Assembly: GCA_964408805.1 (NCBI GenBank)
Contig: CAYPAV010000001.1
Coordinates: forward strand, 408,779 to 472,778
Source of the DNA: an uncultured Rhodospirillaceae bacterium
Lineage (GTDB): Bacteria > Pseudomonadota > Alphaproteobacteria > UBA8366
Length of the DNA stretch: 64,000 nt
Reading direction: 5' to 3'
In this document: piece by piece, positions 28,013 to 37,990 of the stretch
How the letters are laid out: each line of letters begins with the position of its first letter
Position numbering within the stretch: the stretch's first letter is position 1
The notes under the pieces: model-generated
What the model was told of the DNA's origin: nothing
The model's database searches: none
What the model saw: only the letters and a program-made list of their open reading frames with translations
Program-made: the position numbers and the translations under genes

Positions 28013-28951
28013 GTGGGAGGATCTAGCGTGGCTCACACCGCGTATCAGAGCGTTCCGACACCAGGAGAATTAGGTGTCGGCGCCGTGGCGGAAGTCGGCG
28101 ATTACGTCGCCCTCTTGAAGCCCCGGGTTATGTCGCTCGTGGTGTTTACCGGTTTCGCGGGCCTGGTCGTCGCGCCGGGATCGATGCATCCCGTTCTCGG
28201 CGCCATCGCGGTTCTCTGCATTGCCGTGGCCGCGGGTGCCGCGGGCGCGATCAATATGTGGTATGACCGCGATATCGATGCGTTGATGAAGCGTACCCGC
28301 CGCCGTCCGATCCCCATGGGCCGCGTGGCGCCGGAAGATGCGCTCGTCTTCGGCGTCATGATGGCGATCGGTGCCGTGACGCTGATGTGGCTCGCGACGA
28401 ATATCATGGCGGCAGTTCTTTTGGCGACGGCGGTTCTTTTCTATGTCTTCGTCTACACCATCTGGCTGAAGCGCCGAACACCGCAAAACATTGTTATCGG
28501 CGGCGCGGCGGGCGCCTTTCCGCCGGCGATCGGTTGGGCGGCCGCGACGGGTGGAATCGGAATGGAGTCGGTACTCCTCTTCCTGATTATTTTCTTCTGG
28601 ACCCCGCCGCATTTCTGGGCGCTGGCGCTCTTTCGCAAGGACGAATACGCCGCCGCCGGTGTACCGATGCTGCCGGTGGTCCGCGGCCGGCGCGAGACCA
28701 AGCGGCAGATCCTGATCTATACCCTGATCATGGCGCCACTCGGCGTGGCGCCTGTTTTGTTCGGACTGGCGGGCTGGGCCTATGGCGTGGCGGCCGCGGC
28801 ACTGGGCGCCGTTTTTATCGCCGCGGCAGTGACCCTTTGGTTTGATCGGACCGATCGCGCCGCCAAGCGCTTGTTCGGATATTCCATTTTCTATCTTTTC
28901 GCGCTGTTCGCGCTCCTCGTCATTGACGGGGCCTATCCGGGTATGGTTTAG
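28013..28951 (+). CDS. ctaB: Protoheme IX farnesyltransferase (heme O synthase)
   Basis: UbiA-superfamily protein with NMWYDRDIDALMKRTRRRPIP and FFWTPPHFWALA. The start is ambiguous (GTG 28013 or GTG 28028). Confidence 0.9.
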   Translation: MGGSSVAHTAYQSVPTPGELGVGAVAEVGDYVALLKPRVMSLVVFTGFAGLVVAPGSMHPVLGAIAVLCIAVAAGAAGAINMWYDRDIDALMKRTRRRPIPMGRVAPEDALVFGVMMAIGAVTLMWLATNIMAAVLLATAVLFYVFVYTIWLKRRTPQNIVIGGAAGAFPPAIGWAAATGGIGMESVLLFLIIFFWTPPHFWALALFRKDEYAAAGVPMLPVVRGRRETKRQILIYTLIMAPLGVAPVLFGLAGWAYGVAAAALGAVFIAAAVTLWFDRTDRAAKRLFGYSIFYLFALFALLVIDGAYPGMV

Positions 28952-28963
28952 GGCGACGGTGCG

Positions 28964-29125
28964 ATGACGGATATAGCGATGACCAAGCCAAACGACAAAC
29001 GCGGCTTTCCAAGCGAAATGCATCGCCGCCAGCACAAGAAGAACCGGGCATTGCTGCTGATGCTTTTGGTTTGGGTGCTGATCTTCTATGTCGTGTCGAT
29101 TTTGCGTATCGGCGGCGGTTCATGA
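28964..29125 (+). CDS. Small single-TM protein between ctaB and ctaG (CoxF-like); absent from the supplied ORF track
   Basis: ATG 28964 to TGA 29123-29125 (53 aa): MTDIAMTKPNDKRGFPSEMHRRQHKKNRALLLMLLVWVLIFYVVSILRIGGGS. Its stop overlaps the ctaG ATG (ATGA). The position matches the small ORF seen in coxBA-E-F-G-C type clusters. Confidence 0.5.
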   Translation: MTDIAMTKPNDKRGFPSEMHRRQHKKNRALLLMLLVWVLIFYVVSILRIGGGS

Positions 29126-29730
29126 CCGATATCGCGCGGAAAAATAACCGGGTGCTTGCGAGCCTCGCCGCCGTCGTGGTTCTGATGGCGGGGGTCGCCT
29201 ATGCCGCGGTGCCGCTTTACGATCTCTTTTGCCGGGTGACGGGTTACGCCGGAACGACCAATGTCGCCTCCGAGCGAAGTGCCGTTACGACCGATCGGGT
29301 GATGAAAGTACGTTTCGATTCGATGGTGAACGGCATCGACTGGGCATTTCAGCCGGTTCGCCGCCAGATTGAGATCCGGGTCGGCGAGAATGCGTTGGCT
29401 TTCTATCGCGCCACGAACCGATCGAAGCAGCCGGTTACCGGCACCGCCGTCTTCAATGTAACCCCGTTGAAGGTCGGTGCCTATTTCAGCAAGACCGAAT
29501 GCTTTTGTTTCACGGAACAGCGTCTCGCGCCGGGCGAGACGATGGATATGCCGGTCGCATTTTTCGTCGATCCGGCGATCGAACAGGACCCCAACCTTGC
29601 CGATGTCAAGACGATCACGCTTTCCTACACGTTCTATCCCGCATCCGAAGGTGACTCGGCGCGGGATCAGGAACGGAAGGTCAGCGCGATCTTGCCTCCG
29701 GCCGAAGGCGCGGCGGGGTTGGTTCGGTAA
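29122..29730 (+). CDS. ctaG: Cytochrome c oxidase assembly protein CtaG/Cox11
   Basis: Start at ATG 29122 (MTDIARKNNRVL), N-terminal TM anchor, VPLYDLFCRVTGYAGT and the copper-binding TECFCFTEQ motif. Confidence 0.9.
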   Translation: MTDIARKNNRVLASLAAVVVLMAGVAYAAVPLYDLFCRVTGYAGTTNVASERSAVTTDRVMKVRFDSMVNGIDWAFQPVRRQIEIRVGENALAFYRATNRSKQPVTGTAVFNVTPLKVGAYFSKTECFCFTEQRLAPGETMDMPVAFFVDPAIEQDPNLADVKTITLSYTFYPASEGDSARDQERKVSAILPPAEGAAGLVR

Positions 29731-29768
29731 ATTGAACGACGTCAAAAGGCGACGAGCGAGGAATTGAG

Positions 29769-30626
29769 ATGAGCGCCACCACGGAAGAACACCACGGTCA
29801 CAAGCACCCTTACCACCTTGTGGACCCGAGCCCCTGGCCGGCGCTCGGCGCGTTGGGCGCATTTCTGCTGACTTTCGGCCTGATCATGTTCATGCATCCC
29901 GGAATTTTGGGCGAGGGCTTGGAGGAAGGGATCGAATCCCTCGGTATCTTGGCCTTCTTGCCCGGGATTATCGTTATTCTGGGCACGATGGCGGTCTGGT
30001 GGCGCGACGTCATCCAGGAGGCGACCTTCGACGGCTATCATACGCCGGTCGTCCAGCTTGGCATGCGCTACGGCATGGCGCTCTTCATCTGTTCGGAGGT
30101 CATGTTCTTCGTCGCCTTCTTCTGGGCTTTCTTCGAGTCGAGCCTGTTCCCGAAGGAGTTCCCTTACGATCTCGCCGGCGGCGTCTGGCCGCCGAAGGGG
30201 ATCGAGACCTTCGATCCCTTCGACGTACCTTTCATGAACACGGTAATCCTGCTGCTGTCGGGTGTTACGGTGACTTGGGCGCATCACGCGCTACGCGAAG
30301 GCAAGCAGGCCCAGACGGTCCGCGGTCTCGCCTATACCATTGGCCTTGGCATTCTGTTTACCGCCCTTCAGGCGTACGAATACATCCATGCCGGTTTTGG
30401 TTTCAAGGACGGGATCTATGGGTCTACCTTCTATATGGCGACGGGTTTCCATGGCGCCCACGTCATAATCGGCACGACCTTCCTGATCGTCTGCTTCTTC
30501 CGGGCAAAGAAGGGTCATTTCAAGCCTGAACATCATTTCGGGTTCGAGGCCGCCGCCTGGTATTGGCATTTCGTCGACGTGGTTTGGCTGTTCCTGTTTA
30601 GCTGTGTCTATTGGTGGGGTGGCTGA
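29769..30626 (+). CDS. ctaE: Cytochrome c oxidase (aa3) subunit III
   Basis: 285 aa with 7 [14 protein letters not shown] at the N-terminus, plus [11 protein letters not shown] and [14 protein letters not shown]. Confidence 0.95.
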   Translation: MSATTEEHHGHKHPYHLVDPSPWPALGALGAFLLTFGLIMFMHPGILGEGLEEGIESLGILAFLPGIIVILGTMAVWWRDVIQEATFDGYHTPVVQLGMRYGMALFICSEVMFFVAFFWAFFESSLFPKEFPYDLAGGVWPPKGIETFDPFDVPFMNTVILLLSGVTVTWAHHALREGKQAQTVRGLAYTIGLGILFTALQAYEYIHAGFGFKDGIYGSTFYMATGFHGAHVIIGTTFLIVCFFRAKKGHFKPEHHFGFEAAAWYWHFVDVVWLFLFSCVYWWGG

Positions 30627-30659
30627 TCCTAGGCTCGCGGCGCGGCGGCGGCGGCCGGC

Positions 30660-31046
30660 ATGAATACGCCTTATCCGCCCGTCTCGCCCTTTATGGCCGG
30701 AATGCGCGGTCGGTGCCCACGTTGCGGGGTTGGGCGGATGTTCGCGCGGTATCTAACGCTTGCCGGGACCTGTGATTCCTGTGGATTGGGGTTCAAGGCC
30801 GCCGATAGCGGCGATGGGCCGGCCGTCTTCGTCATTTTCATCGTCGGTCCGATCGCCGTTGGTCTTGCGTTCTGGCTGGAGATGGCGGCGGCACCGCCCT
30901 ATTGGCTCCATCTGGTCCTCTGGCCGCCCTTGATCCTGCTTGGGTCGATCGGTCTCTTGCGCCCGATGAAGGGCGTGTTGATCGCGCTGCAGTATCACCA
31001 CCGGGCGGGCGATACCGGCGGCAATACCTTCGACGGCGAGGACTGA
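30660..31046 (+). CDS. DUF983 domain protein (zinc-ribbon plus 2 TM), cox-cluster associated
   Basis: 128 aa with CPRCGVGRMF...CDSCG followed by two TM helices, the typical DUF983 layout and position. Confidence 0.8.
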   Translation: MNTPYPPVSPFMAGMRGRCPRCGVGRMFARYLTLAGTCDSCGLGFKAADSGDGPAVFVIFIVGPIAVGLAFWLEMAAAPPYWLHLVLWPPLILLGSIGLLRPMKGVLIALQYHHRAGDTGGNTFDGED

Positions 31047-31049
31047 AGC

Positions 31050-31757
31050 GTGGCGTTTCGTCCGACCTTGTGGCCGACCCTTTTCACCATTCCGGCCGTG
31101 ATCGTCCTTCTGGCGCTTGGGACCTGGCAAGTCCAGCGGCTCCATTGGAAGGCCGGGCTGATCGAGAAATTACAGGCGCGGAGCGTTGCCGCCCCTATTC
31201 CTCTACCCGCCAAGATCGGCAATCCGGGCGACTTCGAGTATCGCCGCGTGAAGGTTCGGGGACGGTTTCGTCACAAGAAGGAATACTATCTCGTCAACCG
31301 GTCGCGGGCCGGAAAACCGGGTCTTAATATTATCACCCCGCTGGCGCGCGCCGACGGCGGCGCCGATGTCCTGGTCAATCGTGGCTGGACACCGTTCGAA
31401 CTCCGCGAGCGCGAGTCCCGCGCGGCGGGCTTGGTCAAAGGTACCCACGAGGTCGAGGGCATCTTCCGGCTCGCCAAGGGCCCGGGCCTGTTCATGCCGA
31501 AGAACGAACCGCACAACAACACCTGGTTCTATATCGATCCGCCGGCGATGGCGGCGGCTGGCGCGCTGGGGCCGGTCGGTCCCTACTTTATCCTTGCCGG
31601 GGACAAATCGGTCGGCGGGTATCCGATCGACCATCGCTGGCAGGTCAATCTGCACAACGCCCATCTGGAATACGCCATTACCTGGTACGCGCTCGCGGTG
31701 GCGCTCGTCGTGATCTATTTCCTCTACCATCGCCGGCCGCGACCGTCCGACGAATGA
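31050..31757 (+). CDS. SURF1 family cytochrome oxidase biogenesis protein
   Basis: GTG start, 235 aa, TM helices at both ends, with LALGTWQVQRLHWK, VLVNRGW and NAHLEYAITWY blocks. Confidence 0.85.
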   Translation: MAFRPTLWPTLFTIPAVIVLLALGTWQVQRLHWKAGLIEKLQARSVAAPIPLPAKIGNPGDFEYRRVKVRGRFRHKKEYYLVNRSRAGKPGLNIITPLARADGGADVLVNRGWTPFELRERESRAAGLVKGTHEVEGIFRLAKGPGLFMPKNEPHNNTWFYIDPPAMAAAGALGPVGPYFILAGDKSVGGYPIDHRWQVNLHNAHLEYAITWYALAVALVVIYFLYHRRPRPSDE

Positions 31758-33247
31758 CTTCCGCCTACGCGGCGCTTGAACGGCATTTCCGGCGGCTCTC
31801 GCTCCTGCGCGATGCCAGCGCGATGTTGGGCTGGGACGCGGCGGTGATGATGCCCGCTTCGGCGAGCGCCGTTCGGGCCGAGCAGATCGCACTTCTCAAG
31901 CGCTTGGCGCACGAAATCCTCGCCGCGCCCGATTTCGCCGGCCTTCTCGACCGCGCCGAAGGCGAGGTTCTGGACGATTGGCAAGAGGATAATCTCCGAC
32001 AAATGCGCCGCCGCTGGCGGCACGTAACTGCGGTTCCGGCGGACCTCGTCGAGGCGGCGACCAGGGCCCATGCCGCCTGCGAGGCGATTTGGCGGACGGC
32101 GCGCCCCGGGAACGATTTCAAATCCGTACGGCCGGCCTTGGAGACCGTGCTGGCGCTAACCCGCGAGATCGCCGCCGCCAAGGGCGCCACCTTCGATCTG
32201 CCGCCCTATGAAGCGTTGATGGATCTCTACGAACCCGGCATGCGCTGTCAGCGGCTCGATCGGATTTTCGACGATTACGCCGCCTTTCTGCCGGATTTTC
32301 TGGCCCGTGTCATCGACCGGCAGGCCGCGCTGCCGGCACCCGCCCTTCCTGACGCACCTTTCGCCGAGGACGCCCAAGAGGCGCTTTGCCGCCGGATGGC
32401 CGAGGCGGTCGGTATCGATTTCGCGAGTGCCCGGCTCGATCCGACGCTGCATCCCTTTTCAGGCGGGGTGCCGGAAGACAGCCGCATCACGACCCGGTAC
32501 GATCCGGCGGATTTCAGTCAGGCGATGATGGGGGTGCTGCATGAATCCGGCCATGCGATGTATGAGCGCGGCCGGCCCGTCGAATGGCGCCACCAACCGG
32601 TCGGCGAGACGCCGGGGCTCGGCCTGCACGAGAGCCAGTCCCTCATCGTCGAGATGCAGGTCTGCCGCTCGCGCGAATTCTTCGCCTGGGCGGCGCCTGT
32701 CATCCGCGCCGCCTTCGAGGGCGCGGGTCCCGCCTGGGCGCCCGAAAACTTGCACCTCCTGTCAACCCAGGTCGCGCGCGGCTTCATCCGCGTCGACGCG
32801 GATGAGGTGACCTATCCGGCGCATGTCATCCTTCGTTATCGCTTGGAGCGGGCAATGATCGGCGGCGATCTGACGCCGGCGGAGCTGCCCGGCGCCTGGG
32901 CCGACGGCATGCGCGAATTGTTGGACGTGGTCCCGCCCGATGACCGGCGCGGCTGTTTGCAGGACATCCATTGGTATGATGGGGCGTGGGGCTATTTTCC
33001 GACCTATACCCTGGGGGCGATGGCGGCGGCACAGCTCTTTGCCGCCGCGCGCACGGCCGAACCCGAGATTCAACCCGCGATCGGCCGGGGCGATTTTGGG
33101 CCGCTGATGACCTGGCTTCGCCGCCATGTTCACGGCCAGGGGGCGCGCTACACCACGGACGAGATATTGAAACGCGCGACCGGTCAAGTGCTTGACCCGA
33201 CCGTCTTCAAGGTGCATCTCAAGAGCCGCTATCTGGAAGGCGCATGA
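31754..33247 (+). CDS. Carboxypeptidase M32 (Taq-type metallocarboxypeptidase)
   Basis: 497 aa with the HESGHAMYERG zinc site, LHPFSGG and GFIRVDADEVTYPAH blocks. The ATG overlaps the SURF1 stop (ATGA). Confidence 0.9.
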   Translation: MTSAYAALERHFRRLSLLRDASAMLGWDAAVMMPASASAVRAEQIALLKRLAHEILAAPDFAGLLDRAEGEVLDDWQEDNLRQMRRRWRHVTAVPADLVEAATRAHAACEAIWRTARPGNDFKSVRPALETVLALTREIAAAKGATFDLPPYEALMDLYEPGMRCQRLDRIFDDYAAFLPDFLARVIDRQAALPAPALPDAPFAEDAQEALCRRMAEAVGIDFASARLDPTLHPFSGGVPEDSRITTRYDPADFSQAMMGVLHESGHAMYERGRPVEWRHQPVGETPGLGLHESQSLIVEMQVCRSREFFAWAAPVIRAAFEGAGPAWAPENLHLLSTQVARGFIRVDADEVTYPAHVILRYRLERAMIGGDLTPAELPGAWADGMRELLDVVPPDDRRGCLQDIHWYDGAWGYFPTYTLGAMAAAQLFAAARTAEPEIQPAIGRGDFGPLMTWLRRHVHGQGARYTTDEILKRATGQVLDPTVFKVHLKSRYLEGA

Positions 33248-34089
33248 TGAACAAGACCGTCGACGAGCTCCGCAAGATCTACAACACCGTCATCGAGGTC
33301 GGTCTCGACTACGGTCTCGACCTGCTGGAAGCGGTGGTGATCCTGGTCGTCGGCTGGTGGCTGGCGGGCCGGCTCCGCCGCGGCGTCCGCCGCGCGCTCA
33401 AGAGATACCCCGCCATGGACGAGACCCTGAAGCCGCTGGTCTCCAACCTCGTTCGATATGCGGTTCTGATCTTCACGATCGTCGCCGTCCTTGCCCAGTT
33501 CGGCGTGCAAACCGCGAGCATTATCGCCGTCCTCGGTGCCGCGGGGCTTGCCATCGGCCTGGCCCTGCAAGGGACGCTGCAGAATATCGCGGCGGGGATC
33601 ATGCTGCTCTTCCTCCGGCCGTTCAAAGTGGGCGATTTCGTCGAGGCGGCGGGTCATGCGGGGACGGTTCGTGAACTCGGTCTGTTCACCTGCGAGTTCC
33701 GGACCGGCGACGGGTTGTTTATTTTCGTGCCGAACGCGGATATCTGGGGCTCGGCGATCAAGAATTTCTCCCGAAACGACACGCGGCGATCCGATCTGAT
33801 TGTCGGTATCTCCTATGACGACGATATCGGCGCGGCGATCAAGGTTCTCGAAGGTCTCATCGTTGCGGACGAGCGGATATTGGACGATCCGGCCCCGGCG
33901 ATCGATGTCGTGGCGCTCGCCGACAGCTCGGTCAATCTTCGTGCTCGCTATTGGACCGCCGCCGGCGACTTCGCGGCCGTGCAATTGGCGCTGAACCGCG
34001 CCGCGAAGGAAGGCCTGGAGGCGGCTGGTTGTAATCTCCCCTATCCGCAGCGCGACGTGCATCTCATCGGGGCGAAGACACCTCTGTAA
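33244..34089 (+). CDS. Mechanosensitive ion channel family protein (MscS-like)
   Basis: 281 aa with three N-terminal TM helices and the pore-helix block LQNIAAGIMLLFLRPFKVGDFV followed by a beta-domain. The ATG overlaps the M32 stop. Confidence 0.85.
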   Translation: MMNKTVDELRKIYNTVIEVGLDYGLDLLEAVVILVVGWWLAGRLRRGVRRALKRYPAMDETLKPLVSNLVRYAVLIFTIVAVLAQFGVQTASIIAVLGAAGLAIGLALQGTLQNIAAGIMLLFLRPFKVGDFVEAAGHAGTVRELGLFTCEFRTGDGLFIFVPNADIWGSAIKNFSRNDTRRSDLIVGISYDDDIGAAIKVLEGLIVADERILDDPAPAIDVVALADSSVNLRARYWTAAGDFAAVQLALNRAAKEGLEAAGCNLPYPQRDVHLIGAKTPL

Positions 34090-34104
34090 TCAGCCGGCCC
34101 GTAG

Positions 34105-34596
34105 TCAGCCGGCCATGGACGAAAACGTCTTTGACATATGGATCAGCGCGACCGGCGTACCGTCCGGATCCTGACGGGCCTCGATTGCGTGCGGGACAAA
34201 ACCGAGCTTGGGATAGAGCAGCAGCCCCACGACATTGGTGTTGAAGCAGGAGACGCCGATTTCGCTTGCCCCGAATTCGCGCCGGGCGATCTCCGTCATC
34301 ACCGCCATCAGATGCCGGGCGATGCCGCGGCCGCGGCGTTCGGGATCGACGACGACGTTGCCGATGCAGCAGCGCTCGCCCGGCACGACCCCATAGAGGT
34401 CGGCAAACCCCGCGATGTCGTTTCCATCCAGCACCACGGTCGGTGCCTCTCGGTCCGCTACCGTCCGTGCGAGGGCATCCGGTGTCAGCGGGAAATCGGT
34501 TCTCGGATGGAAATGAAACAACTCCTCGGCATTTCGCGGGAAGGCGCAAATTGGCGCGAGGTCGATCTCCTTCAGGCCGCGATGCGACAGGGTCAT
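34105..34596 (-). CDS. GNAT family N-acetyltransferase
   Basis: Start at ATG 34596, preceded by AAGGGAGAG. Acetyl-CoA motif VVVDPERRGRGIARHLM. Confidence 0.75.
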   Translation of the reverse strand: MTLSHRGLKEIDLAPICAFPRNAEELFHFHPRTDFPLTPDALARTVADREAPTVVLDGNDIAGFADLYGVVPGERCCIGNVVVDPERRGRGIARHLMAVMTEIARREFGASEIGVSCFNTNVVGLLLYPKLGFVPHAIEARQDPDGTPVALIHMSKTFSSMAG

Positions 34597-34682
34597 GGGT
34601 CTCTCCCTTTGCGGCCGGCGCGGATGCTTGCTTGGCCTCAATACGGGCGATACGGTAGCGCGTTCTCGAGGAGCATGTAAGC

Positions 34683-36089
34683 GTGCGTTATATCAGCACC
34701 CGTGGCCGGGCCCCGGTTCTGGAATTCGACGATGTTCTGCTGGCCGGTTTGGCAAGCGACGGGGGCCTCTACGTGCCCGAGAGCTGGCCCGAATGGTCGG
34801 CCGACGATTTCCGTGCGCTTCGTGGTCTAAGCTATCCCGAGCTTGCGGTGCGCGTGATGACGCCCTTTCTCGGCGGCAGGATCGAGGCTGAGGCGTTCAA
34901 TGCTCTGGTCCGGGACGCCTACACCGAATTCGGCCATGCCGCGACGGCACCGCTCAAGCAGCTGGAGGGGAACCTCTGGCTGATGGAGCTCTTTCACGGG
35001 CCGACCCTCGCCTTCAAGGACTATCCGATGCAGGTCGTGGGGCGGCTGTTCGATCATGTGCTCGGCCGGCGCGGCGAGCGCGTTACCATCGTCGGCGCCA
35101 CTTCGGGGGATACCGGTTCGGCGGCGATCGAGGCCTGCCGCGACCGCGACGCCATCGAGGTTTTCATCCTCTATCCCCATGGCCGGGTCTCCGAGGTGCA
35201 GCGCCGGCAGATGACCACGGTCGACGCCGCGAACGTTCACTGCATCGCCATCGAGGGTACTTTCGACGATTGCCAGGACTTGTTGAAGGCAATGTTCAAC
35301 GATGCGCCCTTTCGCGACGAAATGCGGCTATCGGCGGTCAATTCGATCAATTGGGCGCGGGTCATGGCGCAGATCGTCTATTACGTCCACGCATCGCTCG
35401 CCCTTGGCGGGCCCGACCGGCCGGTGAGCTTTGCGGTGCCGACGGGGAATTTCGGCAACGTGTTCGCCGCCTATGCCGCGCGCGCCATGGGGTTGCCGAT
35501 CGACCGTCTGATCATCGGTACCAACAGTAACGACATTCTGACCCGGTTTTTCGAGACGGGCGAGCTTGCCATGGGCGAGGTACGGCCGACGATCTCGCCG
35601 AGCATGGATATCCAGGTCTCGAGCAATTTCGAGCGCTATCTCTTCGATCTCTACGCCCGCGACGGGGCGACCCTGGAGGAAGCGATGCGAGTCTTCCGGG
35701 CCGACGGTGCCCTCGGTGTCGGCGACAATCGCTGGCGGGGGGCGGGGCAGGTCTTCTCGGCCCATCGCTTCGACGATACTGAAACAAAGAAAGAGATCGC
35801 GCATATCCATCGGACGACCGGTGAATTGGTCGATCCCCACACCGCGATCGGCATCGCGGCCGGCAGGATGGCGGCCGGTGATCCGGCGGTTCCGGTGATC
35901 GCCCAAGGGGCGGCCCATCCGGCGAAGTTTCCCGATGCGGTCGCTGCGGCATCGGGGATCACGCCCGAACTGCCGCCGCACCTGGCCGATCTCCACGCCC
36001 GATCCGAACGCTTCGAGGTGCTGGCCAACGATCTGGCCACGGTCGAAGGATTCGTGCGCGCGCGCGTGGCGCTGGCGGGTGCGGCATGA
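34683..36089 (+). CDS. thrC: Threonine synthase
   Basis: 468 aa with MRYISTRG at the N-terminus, the PLP-lysine block GPTLAFKDYPMQ and ATSGDTGSAA. Confidence 0.95.
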   Translation: MRYISTRGRAPVLEFDDVLLAGLASDGGLYVPESWPEWSADDFRALRGLSYPELAVRVMTPFLGGRIEAEAFNALVRDAYTEFGHAATAPLKQLEGNLWLMELFHGPTLAFKDYPMQVVGRLFDHVLGRRGERVTIVGATSGDTGSAAIEACRDRDAIEVFILYPHGRVSEVQRRQMTTVDAANVHCIAIEGTFDDCQDLLKAMFNDAPFRDEMRLSAVNSINWARVMAQIVYYVHASLALGGPDRPVSFAVPTGNFGNVFAAYAARAMGLPIDRLIIGTNSNDILTRFFETGELAMGEVRPTISPSMDIQVSSNFERYLFDLYARDGATLEEAMRVFRADGALGVGDNRWRGAGQVFSAHRFDDTETKKEIAHIHRTTGELVDPHTAIGIAAGRMAAGDPAVPVIAQGAAHPAKFPDAVAAASGITPELPPHLADLHARSERFEVLANDLATVEGFVRARVALAGAA

Positions 36090-37345
36090 CCATCGAGGTT
36101 TCGACGCTTGGCAACGGCATGCGGGTCGTCACCGAGCGAATGGCCAGTGTCGAGACCGTCTCCTGCGGCATCTGGGTCGGGGCCGGGGCGCGCAATGAAC
36201 CGGCCAAGATCAATGGGGTTGCGCATCTTTTGGAACACATGGCGTTCAAGGGGACGGAGCGGCGCTCGGCGCGGGAAATCGTGGAGGCGATCGAATCCGT
36301 CGGCGGCCATCTCAACGCCTATACCAGCCGCGAGCAAACCGCCTACTACGCCAAGATTCTGAAAGATAACCTTGGCCTGGCACTCGACATTCTGGCCGAC
36401 ATTCTGCAGAACGCGACCTTCGCTCCCGAGGAATTGGAACGCGAGCGCGCGGTCGTGCTGCAGGAGATCGGGCAGTGTCACGACACCCCCGACGACCGGG
36501 TCTTCGACCATATGCAATTGGCGGCCTTTCCGGACCAGGCGCTGGGCCGGCCGGTGCTCGGTTCGGCCGAGATCGTGGGCTCGATGGCGCGCGATACGAT
36601 CATGGGCTATATGCGGCGATCCTATGGCGGCGATCGCATGATCGTCGCTGCGGCCGGGAATCTGGATCACGAGGATGTCGTCAAGCGCGCTGAGGCGCTG
36701 TTTGCCGATTTACCGCCGGAGGCAGCCGTCGATGTGGAGCTCGGATGTTATCAAGGCGGCGATCATCGGGAGGCTCGCGATCTCGAACAGGTCCATTTGC
36801 TGCTCGGCTTTCCGGGAATCTCGTATAACGACAAGGCCTTTTACGCGATGACGGCAATGTCGACCCTGCTTGGCGGCGGCATGTCGTCCCGCCTTTTCCA
36901 GGAGATCCGCGAGCGCCGCGGCTTGGTCTATTCGATCTATTCCTATGCGTCCTGCTACCGCGATTGCGGTCTCTTGGGAATTTACGCGGGCACGGGCCCA
37001 AGCGATGTCCATGAATTGGTTCCCGCGATTTGCGAGGAAATTCGACTCTTGCCTGATAATCTGCGGAACGAGGAAGTCGAGCGCGCGCGAACCCAATTGA
37101 AGGCGGCGACCTTGATGTCGCTCGAATCGACCGGGGCCCGATGCGAACAACTGGGCCAGCAGATGCTTGTTTTCGGCCGGCCGTTGCCGACCGAGGAGCA
37201 GGTGGCGCGTATCGAGGCGGTCGGGGAAGAGGATATCGCCGAGGTCGCGCGGCGGGTATTTTCGGGACCGCCCACGATCGCCGCCGTGGGTCCGATCGAC
37301 GGGTTGATGGATCACGACGCCTTGGCCGGTGAACTCCTTGCATAA
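36086..37345 (+). CDS. M16 family (pitrilysin-like) zinc peptidase
   Basis: 419 aa with the inverted zinc motif HLLEHMAFKGT and downstream E in NAYTSREQT. The ATG overlaps the thrC stop (ATGA). Confidence 0.9.
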   Translation: MTIEVSTLGNGMRVVTERMASVETVSCGIWVGAGARNEPAKINGVAHLLEHMAFKGTERRSAREIVEAIESVGGHLNAYTSREQTAYYAKILKDNLGLALDILADILQNATFAPEELERERAVVLQEIGQCHDTPDDRVFDHMQLAAFPDQALGRPVLGSAEIVGSMARDTIMGYMRRSYGGDRMIVAAAGNLDHEDVVKRAEALFADLPPEAAVDVELGCYQGGDHREARDLEQVHLLLGFPGISYNDKAFYAMTAMSTLLGGGMSSRLFQEIRERRGLVYSIYSYASCYRDCGLLGIYAGTGPSDVHELVPAICEEIRLLPDNLRNEEVERARTQLKAATLMSLESTGARCEQLGQQMLVFGRPLPTEEQVARIEAVGEEDIAEVARRVFSGPPTIAAVGPIDGLMDHDALAGELLA

Positions 37346-37368
37346 CCGGACGTTGGGTAGAGCAGGTA

Positions 37369-37968
37369 ATGATCTTCGATATTTTCGGCCGCCGGCCACC
37401 AGGCACCACGCTCCGCGGCGAAACCATCTACCTCCGGCCGCCGCATCGGCGCGACCAGCGGCAATGGCTTCATGTTCGAAGGGTGAGCCGGGCGTTTCTG
37501 CAGCCTTGGGAACCGACTTGGCCCAAGGACGCGACCGAACGATCCGCGTTTCGCCGACGCCTCCGGCGCTTTAACGAGGATTGGCTTGCCGGAACCGCCT
37601 ATACCTTTTTTCTGTTCGATCGCGAATCGCATGATCTTCTCGGCGGTATAACGCTATCGAACTTGCGGGCCGGCGTGACCCAGAGCGGCACCATCGGCTA
37701 TTGGGTGGGCGAACCTTACGTTCGGCGCGGTCATATGAGTGCCGCGGTCGATCTGGTGCTCGACTATGCCTTCGACGAGCTTGGGCTTCACCGGGTCGAA
37801 GCGGCCTGTCTCATCGACAACGAGGCGAGCGCCGGGGTCCTCCGCAAGGTCGGTTTCACGGAGGAAGGCCTCGCGCGGCAGTATCTAAAGATCAATGGCA
37901 AATGGCAGGATCACCGAACCTTCGGCATTCTTCGGTCGGACCCAAGGCTCAATCGGGCGAACGGATAG
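37369..37968 (+). CDS. GNAT N-acetyltransferase, RimJ/RimL-like
   Basis: 199 aa with YWVGEPYVRRGHMSAAVDLVLDYAFDELGLHRVEAACLIDNEASAGVLRKVGF, typical of the RimJ/L subgroup. Confidence 0.8.
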   Translation: MIFDIFGRRPPGTTLRGETIYLRPPHRRDQRQWLHVRRVSRAFLQPWEPTWPKDATERSAFRRRLRRFNEDWLAGTAYTFFLFDRESHDLLGGITLSNLRAGVTQSGTIGYWVGEPYVRRGHMSAAVDLVLDYAFDELGLHRVEAACLIDNEASAGVLRKVGFTEEGLARQYLKINGKWQDHRTFGILRSDPRLNRANG

Positions 37969-37990
37969 CCGTCGTCAAACAATGGCGTCT

